A DNA stretch of 35,247 nt from a bacterium (GCA_021813045.1 JAKAMF010000002.1:1-35247), one strand, 5' to 3'; shown: positions 24,965 to 34,266, numbered from the stretch's first letter. A program made the numbers and translations. The notes: generated from the sequence alone by a model not told the origin.

Positions 24965-26386
24965 ATGCTCAAACAATTACGCAATAAGAAAACTGCTCGA
25001 TGGATCTGGATCGGACTGGCAATATTGGTGCTGCCGGCTTTTGTTTTTTGGGGCCTGGGCAGCGCGGTAAAAAGCCGCGACAAGAACCAGCCAAGCTTAG
25101 CCGGAAGAATCTTTGACCGGCCCATAAGTTTTCCCGAATATAAAGACGCTTATGAAGCAGTAAGAAATCAGGCGGTAATGCAGTTGGGAGACAATTTCTC
25201 TCAAATGCAGCAATATTTGAATTTGGATAGCCAGGCCTGGGAAAGATTAACCCTTTTGGCGGAAGCAAAAAAGCGCAGGATCAGCGCCTCTAACCAAGAA
25301 ATTATTGAATTAATTGCCGGTTACCCGTTTTTTCAACGCCGCGGTAAATTTAACGACCGGCTTTACGAAGAAACGATTAAATATGTTTTTCACACCCAAT
25401 CGCGTATCTTTGAAGAACAGATCCGACAAAGCATTATTATCTCTAAACTTTTTCAACAGATCACCAACTCGCTAACGATCAGCCCGGAAGAAGTAAAGCA
25501 GGAGTACCGCAAAGTCAATGAACAGGTAAGTATTAACTATATCGCCGCGCTTCCGGTTGATTTTGAAAATAAAGAAGCCTCAGTCAGCGAAGAAGCGCTT
25601 AAGCAATACTACGAGGCCAATAAACTAGAATTTAAGCAGCCGCTTACTTTTAACCTGGAATATATTACTTCGGAATCCCGGGATAAAATCGAATCCCTGC
25701 TTCCCCATCTTAACAAAAAAGATTATTTTAATAAACTAGTCAAAGATGCCGGGCTAGCTCTAAAAGAAACCGGCTATTTTAACGAAACCTCCCCCATCCC
25801 GGGGATCGGCTGGGCGCCGCAGGTTTTAGAATTGCTGGTTAAATCTAAAACCGGACAATTCCTGCCGGTGATCAGCGTAGATAAAAATTATTATCTTTTG
25901 AAAATAAAAGAAAGAAAAGAACCTTATATCCCGGAATTCGGACAGATTAAAGATAAAGTTAAAGATGTCTACATTAAAAATCAGGCCCGCAAAACCGCTA
26001 AAGCCAAAATCGAAGAATGCCTGATGAATCTGAAAAATATAGCCGCCAAAAATCCCCGGGCAGCCGACCTGAATAACCAGGCAAAAATATCCGGCCTAAA
26101 AAGCGGAGCTACCGGGCTTTTTAAATACGGAAGTTATATTGAGGGAATCGGAAGTTCTGATATTTTTTGGCAGGAAGCCGAGCGGTTAAAAGATGATGAA
26201 TTCTCTCCGATTATCGAACAGCCTTCCGGATACTATATCATCAAAGTAAAATCCATCCAGCCGATTGACGAGAATAAATTCAAAGAAGAAGCCTCTGAGT
26301 TCACCCAGAGGCTTCTTTTAAACAAGAAACAACATGAATTTGAATTATTTCTTGAAGGCTTACTGAAAAAAACCCAGCGTTTTTAA
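24965..26386 (+). CDS. PpiD/SurA-N-like periplasmic chaperone (peptidyl-prolyl isomerase family), membrane-anchored
   Basis: 473 aa with an N-terminal anchor (ARWIWIGLAILVLPAFVFWG) followed by a SurA_N-type chaperone region. This is the only plus-strand gene in the window. Confidence 0.8.
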   Translation: MLKQLRNKKTARWIWIGLAILVLPAFVFWGLGSAVKSRDKNQPSLAGRIFDRPISFPEYKDAYEAVRNQAVMQLGDNFSQMQQYLNLDSQAWERLTLLAEAKKRRISASNQEIIELIAGYPFFQRRGKFNDRLYEETIKYVFHTQSRIFEEQIRQSIIISKLFQQITNSLTISPEEVKQEYRKVNEQVSINYIAALPVDFENKEASVSEEALKQYYEANKLEFKQPLTFNLEYITSESRDKIESLLPHLNKKDYFNKLVKDAGLALKETGYFNETSPIPGIGWAPQVLELLVKSKTGQFLPVISVDKNYYLLKIKERKEPYIPEFGQIKDKVKDVYIKNQARKTAKAKIEECLMNLKNIAAKNPRAADLNNQAKISGLKSGATGLFKYGSYIEGIGSSDIFWQEAERLKDDEFSPIIEQPSGYYIIKVKSIQPIDENKFKEEASEFTQRLLLNKKQHEFELFLEGLLKKTQRF

Positions 26387-26565
26387 GCTACCTTGATCGC
26401 GGTTACCGGGCACAATTCAGCTACTTCTTTTAAATTATGCGTGGCACAGCTCTGCGCCAGCACATGAGCAATACCGTCTCCCTGCACCTGAAATACTTCC
26501 GGGCAGGATTGTTCACACAAACCGCAGCCAACACAAGTTGAAGCATCTACACTTACCTTTGACAT
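26383..26565 (-). CDS. Small single-cluster [4Fe-4S]/[3Fe-4S] ferredoxin
   Basis: 60 aa with CVGCGLCEQSCP ... CP, the classic short ferredoxin layout. Confidence 0.9.
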   Translation of the reverse strand: MSKVSVDASTCVGCGLCEQSCPEVFQVQGDGIAHVLAQSCATHNLKEVAELCPVTAIKVA

Positions 26566-26580
26566 CCGACTATCTCCTTT

Positions 26581-27060
26581 TTATCTTTCCAACAAATTCT
26601 CAAACATCTCTTCGTGAGTTACTTCTTCCGACAAGATGTGAGTTACCAGCTGATAAGTAACATTATCCTTGCCTAATGTTTTCTTAGCAATTTTATTATA
26701 GACTTCAATTGCCCCTGCCTCTGCCTCGGTAACAATGCGGATAATCCGGTTAACATCCGCGGTATTCTTCGGTGGCATTAAATAAGGCGCGTTGGCGTTT
26801 TTTTCCAAGTCCATCGGATTAGCAATCGGCATACCGCCTAATTTAACGATCAGATCAGCTACTTCGGTGGCGTGCTCCAATTCATCCTTAGCGATCTTCA
26901 TCAGGAATTCCGACATATCCTCATATGCCTTGCCGGAAACTGTCTGCGCCATATACCAATAAAGGTAATAGGCCAACCATTCATCCGCGTAGGCCTTGTT
27001 TAAATCTTTGACTAAATCCTTTAAGCTTAAATCAACAATCGCTCTTGCTTGCTTTCCCAT
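26581..27060 (-). CDS. Ferritin-like / DPS-like di-iron protein
   Basis: 159 aa from the ATG at 27060 (MGKQ...), which has a GGAGGT Shine-Dalgarno sequence. The track start at 27087 lacks one. It has a four-helix ferritin-like pattern with E..H motifs (DELEHATE, SEEVTHEEM). Confidence 0.8.
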   Translation of the reverse strand: MGKQARAIVDLSLKDLVKDLNKAYADEWLAYYLYWYMAQTVSGKAYEDMSEFLMKIAKDELEHATEVADLIVKLGGMPIANPMDLEKNANAPYLMPPKNTADVNRIIRIVTEAEAGAIEVYNKIAKKTLGKDNVTYQLVTHILSEEVTHEEMFENLLER

Positions 27061-27100
27061 ATTTACCTCCTTGCGCAGAAAGCGCACACCGGCCTATCCT

Positions 27101-28012
27101 TTAAGGCCGGGTGTCACTCTTAACATCTGCTGCTGTTTCGGTTTTAACTCTCAACCCGTATTTCTCTATATTATGATCTGCTATTTCCTGAATTTTTTTG
27201 ATTTCTTCAGGATTATTAGTCAGATGCTTAAACCTGCCTTGAACTTTTATGTATTCTTCCACCGGCTTCGGCTGAATCTGCCGTACGCCAATAAGCTTGC
27301 CATTTTCATACTCAATTAACGGATAAAGCCCGGTGTCCACGGCGAGCTTTGCCACATTAACTGTCTGCGCTGGTTCATGGCGCCAACCCAAAGGACAAGG
27401 AACGTGCACTTGAATATACTTCGGCCCTTTCAAACTCATCGCTTTTTTTACCTTGCGCTGTAAATCCTGCGGAAAACCGGCCGAAGCAGTAGCGACATAA
27501 GCGATCCCGTGGGCATTGGCAATTTCCGGCATGGGTTTTTTCGGACGGATATTTCCGGTCGATTTAACGCCAACCGGGCTAGTGGTAGTATTGGTATCAA
27601 AAGGTGTAAGCCCGCTTCTTTGCACACCGGTATTCATATAAGCTTCATTATCATAACAAACATATAAAATATCGTGGCCCCTTTCCAGCATTCCGGATAA
27701 GGCCTGTAAACCGATATCTGCGGTAGAACCGTCTCCGCCCTGAGCAATAACATTAGTACCTTCTTTTTTGCCGGAATAAATCAAGCCCGCCTCAACTCCG
27801 GAAGCGACTGCCGCCGCATTCTCAAAAAGCGAATGTATCCAGGGGACTCCCCAGGCAGTCTGCGGATAAGCCGTAGAAAAAACTTCCAGGCATCCGGTAT
27901 TATTAACCACCACCGTATTCTGTCCGCTGGCCTCAATTACTAAACGCGCTGCCATAGACTGGCCGCAGCCGGCACAGGCGGTATGCCCCGCGTTAAATAA
28001 ATTACTGCTCAT
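27101..28012 (-). CDS. porB: 2-oxoacid:ferredoxin oxidoreductase, beta (TPP-binding) subunit
   Basis: 303 aa with N-terminal CAGCG and the TPP motif GGDGSTADIG. Confidence 0.9.
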   Translation of the reverse strand: MSSNLFNAGHTACAGCGQSMAARLVIEASGQNTVVVNNTGCLEVFSTAYPQTAWGVPWIHSLFENAAAVASGVEAGLIYSGKKEGTNVIAQGGDGSTADIGLQALSGMLERGHDILYVCYDNEAYMNTGVQRSGLTPFDTNTTTSPVGVKSTGNIRPKKPMPEIANAHGIAYVATASAGFPQDLQRKVKKAMSLKGPKYIQVHVPCPLGWRHEPAQTVNVAKLAVDTGLYPLIEYENGKLIGVRQIQPKPVEEYIKVQGRFKHLTNNPEEIKKIQEIADHNIEKYGLRVKTETAADVKSDTRP

Positions 28013-29186
28013 AACTCTCCTTTAATAGCTCTGGTTTTAAATCAATAAATTCATTGGTTAATTCTTTGGCAGAAAGCAGCTTAAACATTTCCTTGATCGA
28101 TTCTTTAGTAATATCCCTGCCGCCTAAACCAACCACAAAATTACTGATCACCTGCGGTTTCTTCTTTTTGCTGGTAAAAACCGCTTTGATCTCGCTGGAA
28201 ACCGGGGCGAACGAACCCAAAGACACCGCGCGGTCCAATACCGCTACTTTCGGGACATTTTTTAAGGCCTCATAAATCGCTTCCGCGGGGAACGGCCGAT
28301 AAGAAGTAATCTTCAAAAGCCCGACCTTCTTGCCTTTTGACCTTAACTCATCGACTACTTCTTTGACTGTGCCGCAGACCGAACCCAAAGCGACAATTAC
28401 TTTCTCCGCGTCCTTAACCTGGTATTCTTCCACTAAGCCGTTATAAGTGCGGCCGAAGATTTTGGCAAAATCCGCGGTTAACTTAGGCAATAATTTCAAA
28501 ATATCCTTGTGGGTTTCTTCAATGGCAAAGCGCGTTTCCATATAATAATCCGGCCCGGCCAAAAGCCCCATAGAAATCGGATTAGTTACATCAAGTTTAT
28601 AGGTAGTGTTATATTTAGGTAAGTATTTATCAACCTGTTCCTGGGAAGGCATATCCACGGTTTCAATGCCGTGAGTAAGAATAAAACCGTCCATGCAGAC
28701 CATTACCGGCAGCATAATTGATTTATCCTCTGCCAGTTTATAAGCGATAAAATGCAGGTCAACTGCCTCCTGAATATCTTCGGCGAATAATTGCACCCAG
28801 CCGGAATCGCGCAGAGAAATCGAATCCTGCTGGTCATTCCAGATATTGATCGGCGCGGAAACCGCGCGGTTGGCGCAGGTCATCACGATCGGCAGCCGCA
28901 TCCCGGCGATATTAAAAACCACTTCCATCATATAAAATAAACCCTGCGAGCTGGTCGCGGTATAGGAACGCGTGCCGGTGGCTTCGCTGCCCAGCACGAC
29001 GGAAGCCGCGGAATGCTCGGATTCCACATTAACAAACTGGGCATTGAGTTTACCATCGGCCACCATAGACGCAAGCTCTTCGACGATATGCGTCTGAGGA
29101 GTAATCGGATAGGCGGAAACTACCCCTGGCTTACATAACTTTACCGCCTCGGCAACCGCGAGCGAACCCTCGATAAATTCTTTCAT
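28002..29186 (-). CDS. porA: 2-oxoacid:ferredoxin oxidoreductase, alpha subunit
   Basis: 394 aa with the N-terminal GSLAVAEAVKLCKPGVVSAYPITPQT signature. It overlaps porB by 11 nt. Confidence 0.9.
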   Translation of the reverse strand: MKEFIEGSLAVAEAVKLCKPGVVSAYPITPQTHIVEELASMVADGKLNAQFVNVESEHSAASVVLGSEATGTRSYTATSSQGLFYMMEVVFNIAGMRLPIVMTCANRAVSAPINIWNDQQDSISLRDSGWVQLFAEDIQEAVDLHFIAYKLAEDKSIMLPVMVCMDGFILTHGIETVDMPSQEQVDKYLPKYNTTYKLDVTNPISMGLLAGPDYYMETRFAIEETHKDILKLLPKLTADFAKIFGRTYNGLVEEYQVKDAEKVIVALGSVCGTVKEVVDELRSKGKKVGLLKITSYRPFPAEAIYEALKNVPKVAVLDRAVSLGSFAPVSSEIKAVFTSKKKKPQVISNFVVGLGGRDITKESIKEMFKLLSAKELTNEFIDLKPELLKESYEQ

Positions 29187-29437
29187 TCCTGCTCCTTAAT
29201 CATCTCGATATCTTTTTTCGGGCAAATCAAAGCGCAATTACCGCAGCCCTTGCAATAAGCCAAATCCACGTCGTATTTCTTCTCGGCTCCGGAAATGCAG
29301 CCCTCCGGGCAGATTATCGCGCACATCTTGCAGCCGATACAATTTTTCTGTAAAAATTTCGGCTTAACGGCAACGCGCCATGAACCTGTCTTATTATTTT
29401 TGCTTGTTCCCGGTTTTGAAGTAAGCGGCCCGAACAT
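29183..29437 (-). CDS. porD: 2-oxoacid:ferredoxin oxidoreductase, delta (2x[4Fe-4S]) subunit
   Basis: 84 aa with CIGCKMCAIICP and CKGCGNCALICP. Confidence 0.9.
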   Translation of the reverse strand: MFGPLTSKPGTSKNNKTGSWRVAVKPKFLQKNCIGCKMCAIICPEGCISGAEKKYDVDLAYCKGCGNCALICPKKDIEMIKEQE

Positions 29438-29440
29438 ATT

Positions 29441-29992
29441 TTAACCTCTTAATTGATTTTTAATAAATTCAAATCCTTGTTTGGCTGATTCGATATTGCC
29501 TTCCATGGCTTTACCGGAAAATCTTTTCTTAATCGCTTCCAAAAGCGAATCCAGGGCCAATTCCCCGGTAGCTGCGCAAAAAGCACCGATTAAAGCGGTA
29601 TTGCCCAAAGGCCTGCCGATAGTTTTCATGGCGATTTCATTAGCCGGCACGGCAAAAACTTTCTGCTTGGCGCTTACTTTAGGCAAAGATCCGGTATCCT
29701 TATCATTAATAATGGCAATACCGTCTTCCTTGAGCCCGGAAAAACAGTTGAAACCGCGCATTAAAGTCGGATCCATGATCAAAAGGTAATTCGGCTCATA
29801 AATTTGGCTGCGCAAACGCACGGGATGGGAATCAACCCGCACGAAGGCATTCATCGGAGCGCCCATGCGGGCGGCGCCAAAACTCGGGAAGGCATAAGGA
29901 TACATCCCTTTTAAAAAATAAGCATAACCCAAAATGGAAGCGGTAGTAATCGCCCCTTGCCCGGCGCGGGCATGAATACGAATTTCTTTCAT
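29441..29992 (-). CDS. porG: 2-oxoacid:ferredoxin oxidoreductase, gamma subunit
   Basis: 183 aa with N-terminal IRIHARAGQGAITTASILG. It is the first gene in the G-D-A-B order. An AAGGAG Shine-Dalgarno sequence is present. Confidence 0.9.
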   Translation of the reverse strand: MKEIRIHARAGQGAITTASILGYAYFLKGMYPYAFPSFGAARMGAPMNAFVRVDSHPVRLRSQIYEPNYLLIMDPTLMRGFNCFSGLKEDGIAIINDKDTGSLPKVSAKQKVFAVPANEIAMKTIGRPLGNTALIGAFCAATGELALDSLLEAIKKRFSGKAMEGNIESAKQGFEFIKNQLRG

Positions 29993-30027
29993 TTATTACT
30001 CCTTGAGATTGATTTAAAACGGAATGT

Positions 30028-30056
30028 ATAATACGACTTTTATCCGGCTTTGTCAA
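30028..30056 (-). promoter_or_regulatory. Sigma-70-like promoter for porGDAB
   Basis: On the minus strand: TTGACA (30051-30056), a 17-nt spacer, then TATTAT (30028-30033). Confidence 0.65.
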
Positions 30057-30073
30057 ATACTTTTAATGAACGG

Positions 30074-30191
30074 ATAACTTACGTTGCTCTTGGGAGCAAC
30101 GTAAGTTATAGCCCCGCCGTAAGCGGGGCGTCCGCGAATTAATCCATCGCCTACGAAAAAAATCCTATTGTGCCTTCTGGGATTTTTTTCG
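30074..30191. repeat. Three-hairpin intergenic palindromic element, copy 2 (inverted relative to copy 1)
   Basis: Hairpin C' spans 30074-30109: a perfect 16-bp stem ATAACTTACGTTGCTC-ttgg-GAGCAACGTAAGTTAT. Hairpin B' spans 30111-30129: GCCCCGC-cgtaa-GCGGGGC. A shared spacer motif CGCGAATT follows. Hairpin A' spans 30154-30191: CGAAAAAAATCC...GGATTTTTTTCG. Confidence 0.85.
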
Positions 30192-30194
30192 TGC

Positions 30195-31250
30195 TTAGGC
30201 AAGGGACAAACCCTTCCTGTATAACCGGGAAACTTCGGCTAATGCCCCTAAAATACCCTCTGCTTTACCTGTATCTAACGTACCCAAACCGCAGCTGGGG
30301 CTAAAAAGCAAGTTTGACTCAATCAACTGCCGGCTGACCCCCTTCTGTTCTAAGCCGGCAATACCTTCGGTTACCTTTTTCAGCAATAATTCCGGGGTAA
30401 CCCGGGGGCCAAATTCAGCCGTTGGCACGATCCCCCAGCAGAGCATGCCTCCGCGCTGTAAAAAACCTTTCAGGTTAGCCGCGTAAAGCGCCAAACGTTC
30501 TAAATAATCAAAGGCGTCAAAATTAATAATATCTACGCCCGCGGCATCCATCAACATCGACCAGTCGGTATTGCCGCAGCAATGCACGCCGATCAGCGTA
30601 TCAGCCGATTTAACCCCGCCGGTAATTTCCTTAAGCACCTCCACTACTTTTTCCCGGGTTATCGCGGTATAGGCCGAGCCAAAAGCCGCCAAATACGGCT
30701 CATCAAAAAAAATGACCAGCGGTTTATTGAATTTCCTCAGTAAATTTAGCTGCCAAAGCGCCTTCATAATCAGCCCTTTGGTAATTACCTGCATAAAAAC
30801 CTCATCGTGCAAAAGCGCGACCTCGTTTTCATCGCTAATCCCGGCGGCAAAAGTAAACGGCCCGGTAACATGGCATTTAATATATTTTACCGCGGATAAA
30901 TCCGCCCCTTCCAGGCGCCGGAAAAATTTATATAAACCTAAAGCGAACTTATCGGAAATTTTGAAATACTCAATATCCTGCGCGATGATCCGCTCATAAA
31001 ATTTTTCTAATTTTTCTTCCCGGTTAGCCGGATTATAAACTACGCCTTCCTCGGTTGCCTCAAGACATGGCAGGTTTTCGCTGAACTGAGCAATCATTGA
31101 TTCAAAGTGCGAACGTTTAGGCAGCTGCGGCCAAAAAGGAATTTCCGGACAGGACCTAAAAATCAGGTTCAACGCCGTTTCGGCATCCGTAAAAGGCAAG
31201 CTTCCTACTCCCGTAGCCAAACCGCTTAGCGCGGATCTTTCTAAGGTCAT
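30195..31250 (-). CDS. Cobalamin-independent methionine synthase-like / UROD-superfamily methyltransferase-like protein
   Basis: 351 aa with putative metal-ligand motifs GVHCCGNTDW and SPSCGLG, reminiscent of the MetE C-terminal/MtaA-type fold. Exact function is not assignable. Confidence 0.6.
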   Translation of the reverse strand: MTLERSALSGLATGVGSLPFTDAETALNLIFRSCPEIPFWPQLPKRSHFESMIAQFSENLPCLEATEEGVVYNPANREEKLEKFYERIIAQDIEYFKISDKFALGLYKFFRRLEGADLSAVKYIKCHVTGPFTFAAGISDENEVALLHDEVFMQVITKGLIMKALWQLNLLRKFNKPLVIFFDEPYLAAFGSAYTAITREKVVEVLKEITGGVKSADTLIGVHCCGNTDWSMLMDAAGVDIINFDAFDYLERLALYAANLKGFLQRGGMLCWGIVPTAEFGPRVTPELLLKKVTEGIAGLEQKGVSRQLIESNLLFSPSCGLGTLDTGKAEGILGALAEVSRLYRKGLSLA

Positions 31251-31714
31251 TGTAATCTCTCTCTTCTTAACTGGCCGTTAGCGTTAATTTCGACAATCTC
31301 GTCAACCTGCACTTTAAGAATCACGACGGTTTGAGAAATTTCCATTTCAAAAGTATTATGCTTTTTACCTTTATCAACGCCTTCGATGATCCGTTGCACG
31401 GATAACTCAATCTCTTTTTTAGATAATTCATCGAGCATTCTTTCGTAAACGATCCCCGAATCAATGGTCTCTACTGTACCGTTAAACTGATAACCAACCA
31501 GATTTTCTAAATCCATAAAACCCAGGGAGATCTTCGGATTAATCTTGATATTACGAAAAGTCCGGCCGATAACATAATCGCACAAATAAATAATATTGTT
31601 TTCAACCTTCAAAAGCAGCTTGGGGGCAATATTAGGTACATTTTCCAGATCACAAGTAGCCACATTTAAGAAATTGTGTTCTTTTAAAATTGTTTTTAAT
31701 TCTTTCTGCGGCAT
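31247..31714 (-). CDS. Pyridoxamine 5'-phosphate oxidase-like FMN-binding split-barrel protein
   Basis: 155 aa. The N-terminal pattern LKEHNFLNVATCDLENVPNIAPK...IYLCDY is typical of this family. It overlaps the downstream gene by 4 nt. Confidence 0.6.
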   Translation of the reverse strand: MPQKELKTILKEHNFLNVATCDLENVPNIAPKLLLKVENNIIYLCDYVIGRTFRNIKINPKISLGFMDLENLVGYQFNGTVETIDSGIVYERMLDELSKKEIELSVQRIIEGVDKGKKHNTFEMEISQTVVILKVQVDEIVEINANGQLRRERLQ

Positions 31715-31715
31715 G

Positions 31716-32342
31716 TTAATAACCCAGGCTTTCTCCGACTAAAATTACTTTCAGCCGATCCGGTACCGCCTCGGCTTCCACGATCAGCGTCTGACAGCAC
31801 ATCCGGCGGTATTCCGGGGCCAGGCAAATCCCCTGGCGGCAAGTACCCGGCTCTAAACAAGCGGAATTCCAATTCAAACGCTTACAATTAAGCGGAGTGG
31901 CATATTCTTTGGCGCGTTTAAGCGCGGCGTCTAAATCCGGAGTAATTTTATTAATCCCGCAAATAATTAAAACATTGGCGGCATGAGAGACGCCGGAGAT
32001 CCGGTTGCCGTAAGCGGAAATAAACACCATTTCTCCGCTTTGTGCGATGGCATTGGCGCTAGCCAGATAATAATCAGCCAAAACGCCCTGCTTTCTTAAC
32101 TCCAAACTTTCGCCACGGCTAAGGCCGGGCTTATACTGATTAAAAATCCGGTTGCCGCGGGACTCTAATAAATCAGCTATGCCCAGCTCATTTAAAGTCA
32201 CCGAGCCGGATATCCCAATGCTGGATTCCTTGGGTATCAGCCGGAGGATTTCCGCTGCTGCGGATTTTTTATCCGCGCAGTAAATACCTTGAATTCCCCG
32301 CTTAAGCCAATTTTCTAACAGCGCGCCGATCTTTTGATCCAT
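31716..32342 (-). CDS. LUD domain (LutC/YkgG-like, DUF162) protein with Cys-rich C-terminus
   Basis: 208 aa with LUD-type motifs (GISGSVTLNELGI, ANAIAQSGEMV). The C-terminal segment carries several Cys residues. Confidence 0.6.
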   Translation of the reverse strand: MDQKIGALLENWLKRGIQGIYCADKKSAAAEILRLIPKESSIGISGSVTLNELGIADLLESRGNRIFNQYKPGLSRGESLELRKQGVLADYYLASANAIAQSGEMVFISAYGNRISGVSHAANVLIICGINKITPDLDAALKRAKEYATPLNCKRLNWNSACLEPGTCRQGICLAPEYRRMCCQTLIVEAEAVPDRLKVILVGESLGY

Positions 32343-32343
32343 C

Positions 32344-32826
32344 TCAAGAAACTAGCTTTTTATAATCCTTGGGAAAAACATTGTCATTATAAACTATCTG
32401 GCCGTGTTTATTAATCAAAATATAGGTTGGCACGCCTAAAAGATTAAAAGAATCCGCTACTGTCGCGTTTTTGTCTAAAAGCACGATATAGTCGATAGCA
32501 AAGGTATCGACAAAACTCGCCACTTTACGTTCATCCTCAGCCACATCAATTGCCAAAAGCTCAATTTTATCTTTTTTCAGATCTACCGCTTTTTCTTTTA
32601 AAAAGCTTAACTGCTGACGGCAATACGGGCACCAGGTGGTCCAAAGAACCAGCAACACCGGCTGTTTATCTTTGTATTGACTAAGCGTAAACTGCTTACC
32701 TTTTAGATCCGACAGCATAAAATCAGGCGCCGGCTTAGGGTTTTTAATCAGCTGACCTTGCGCAAAAACTTGGGCGCTAAAACAAACCGTTAACAATAAA
32801 GAAATCAAGATTATTTTTTTTGCCAT
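32344..32826 (-). CDS. Secreted TlpA/ResA-like thiol:disulfide oxidoreductase (thioredoxin fold)
   Basis: 160 aa with a signal peptide and a WCPYC active site. Confidence 0.88.
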   Translation of the reverse strand: MAKKIILISLLLTVCFSAQVFAQGQLIKNPKPAPDFMLSDLKGKQFTLSQYKDKQPVLLVLWTTWCPYCRQQLSFLKEKAVDLKKDKIELLAIDVAEDERKVASFVDTFAIDYIVLLDKNATVADSFNLLGVPTYILINKHGQIVYNDNVFPKDYKKLVS

Positions 32827-33494
32827 TAAAATCTCCTTATCCCGTTATAAATAAAATATATCCCCAGCGCTAAAATAATTACCCCGCCGGTTAGCTTAAT
32901 AATTTTAAGCCATTCTCCTGATTTAGGCAAACCAAGCAAAAATCCGCTGAAAGCTCCGGCGAGAATTAAAACTGCTCCCATGCCATAAGCAAAACAGAAC
33001 AAAAGTAGCATCCCGTATAAAATATTCTTCCCCGCAGCTATATATGTCAGAATTGCTCCCAGGGCCGGAGTAAGACACGGTCCGATAATCAGTCCGGAAA
33101 CTGCGCCCAGTAAAAAAACCCCCCAATACCCGCGTGATTTAATCCTCGGCAGTTTGATTAAATTAGCTAAAGATAAAGAAAAGATGTCCAGCATAGAAAG
33201 CCCGAAAAAAATAATTACTATGCCGGTAATAATATACGTAACGGGATGAGAGCTTACCCTGCCAAAGAGTTGACCGGTTAAAGCAGCGAAAAGCCCGAGC
33301 ATGGAATAAACCAGGGCCATGCCGGAAACATAAACTAAACTTAAGGCCAGCCCTTTTAAGCGCGACTGCGTTGAGTTAATGCCGATATAGCTTACGGTAA
33401 CCGGGATTAACGGATAAACGCAAGGGGTAAAGCTGACCAGGACTCCGCCGAAAAATGCCCAGAGAAAATCTAAAGGGTTACCTGAGAGATTCAT
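32826..33494 (-). CDS. ccdA: Cytochrome c biogenesis / DsbD-family transmembrane thiol-reductant transporter CcdA
   Basis: 222 aa, polytopic, with conserved FTPCVYPLIPV and GPCLTPALG half-sites. Confidence 0.88.
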   Translation of the reverse strand: MNLSGNPLDFLWAFFGGVLVSFTPCVYPLIPVTVSYIGINSTQSRLKGLALSLVYVSGMALVYSMLGLFAALTGQLFGRVSSHPVTYIITGIVIIFFGLSMLDIFSLSLANLIKLPRIKSRGYWGVFLLGAVSGLIIGPCLTPALGAILTYIAAGKNILYGMLLLFCFAYGMGAVLILAGAFSGFLLGLPKSGEWLKIIKLTGGVIILALGIYFIYNGIRRF

Positions 33495-33789
33495 CGATCC
33501 ACCTTAAGTAATCTTTACTCCCGCCGATAATCGGCAAAACAATAATCTCCGGAGTTTCGTAGCTATGCAAAGATTTTATCGCTTTAATAATCTGCGCTAA
33601 TTTTGTTTTTTGAGATTTAATGATTAGCAGCGCTTCTTGAGCTTGGTCAATTTTGCCCTGCCACCAGAAAATTGAATCGATTTTTTCGCTGATATTAACA
33701 CAGGCGGCTAACTTTTTCTTTAACAAGCCGGAGGCGATTTTTTGCGCCTCTTTTTTATGAGAAGCGGTTGCCAAAACTACGATATGCAT
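33478..33789 (-). CDS. cutA: Divalent-cation tolerance protein CutA
   Basis: 103 aa with motifs ACVNI...IFWWQGKI...HSYETPEIIVLPI. Confidence 0.88.
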   Translation of the reverse strand: MHIVVLATASHKKEAQKIASGLLKKKLAACVNISEKIDSIFWWQGKIDQAQEALLIIKSQKTKLAQIIKAIKSLHSYETPEIIVLPIIGGSKDYLRWIDESLR

Positions 33790-33790
33790 C

Positions 33791-34264
33791 TTAACTTAAC
33801 CTCTTAATTAATTTGGCTAAGCGCTGTCCATAACGCTGACATTCAGTGCTGGCACGTTCATCCGGAGCACCGACTGCTACCGGGCCGTAATGGCTGCCTT
33901 TGGGGTCACCTTGCACAATCATACCATGTATAAGCATGGCATTCAAGATGTCTAAAACCGCAGTCTCATTGCCGCCGGCCAGATTTCCGCTGGAGGCAAA
34001 GGCTCCGCCGATTTTACCTTCTAATTTAGAATGAATTTTAACCGAATCATCCAAAAGCTGCTTGATCTGGCCGGCCATGGTGCCGTAATAAACCGGAGAA
34101 CCGATAACAATTCCTTCATATTTTAATAACTCTTCAGGTAAAACATCTTTAACATCCTTTAAATCAGCGGCGACGCCTTCCTTGGCCAGCGCGCCGGAAA
34201 TCAACTCGGCCATTTGACGGGTATTGCCGGAACGAGAATAATAAATTACCAATGCCTTAGCCAT
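33791..34264 (-). CDS. Flavodoxin-fold (WrbA-like) FMN protein
   Basis: 157 aa with the N-terminal FMN phosphate loop VIYYSRSGNT and GSPVYYGTMAG. Confidence 0.82.
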   Translation of the reverse strand: MAKALVIYYSRSGNTRQMAELISGALAKEGVAADLKDVKDVLPEELLKYEGIVIGSPVYYGTMAGQIKQLLDDSVKIHSKLEGKIGGAFASSGNLAGGNETAVLDILNAMLIHGMIVQGDPKGSHYGPVAVGAPDERASTECQRYGQRLAKLIKRLS

Positions 34265-34266
34265 AA

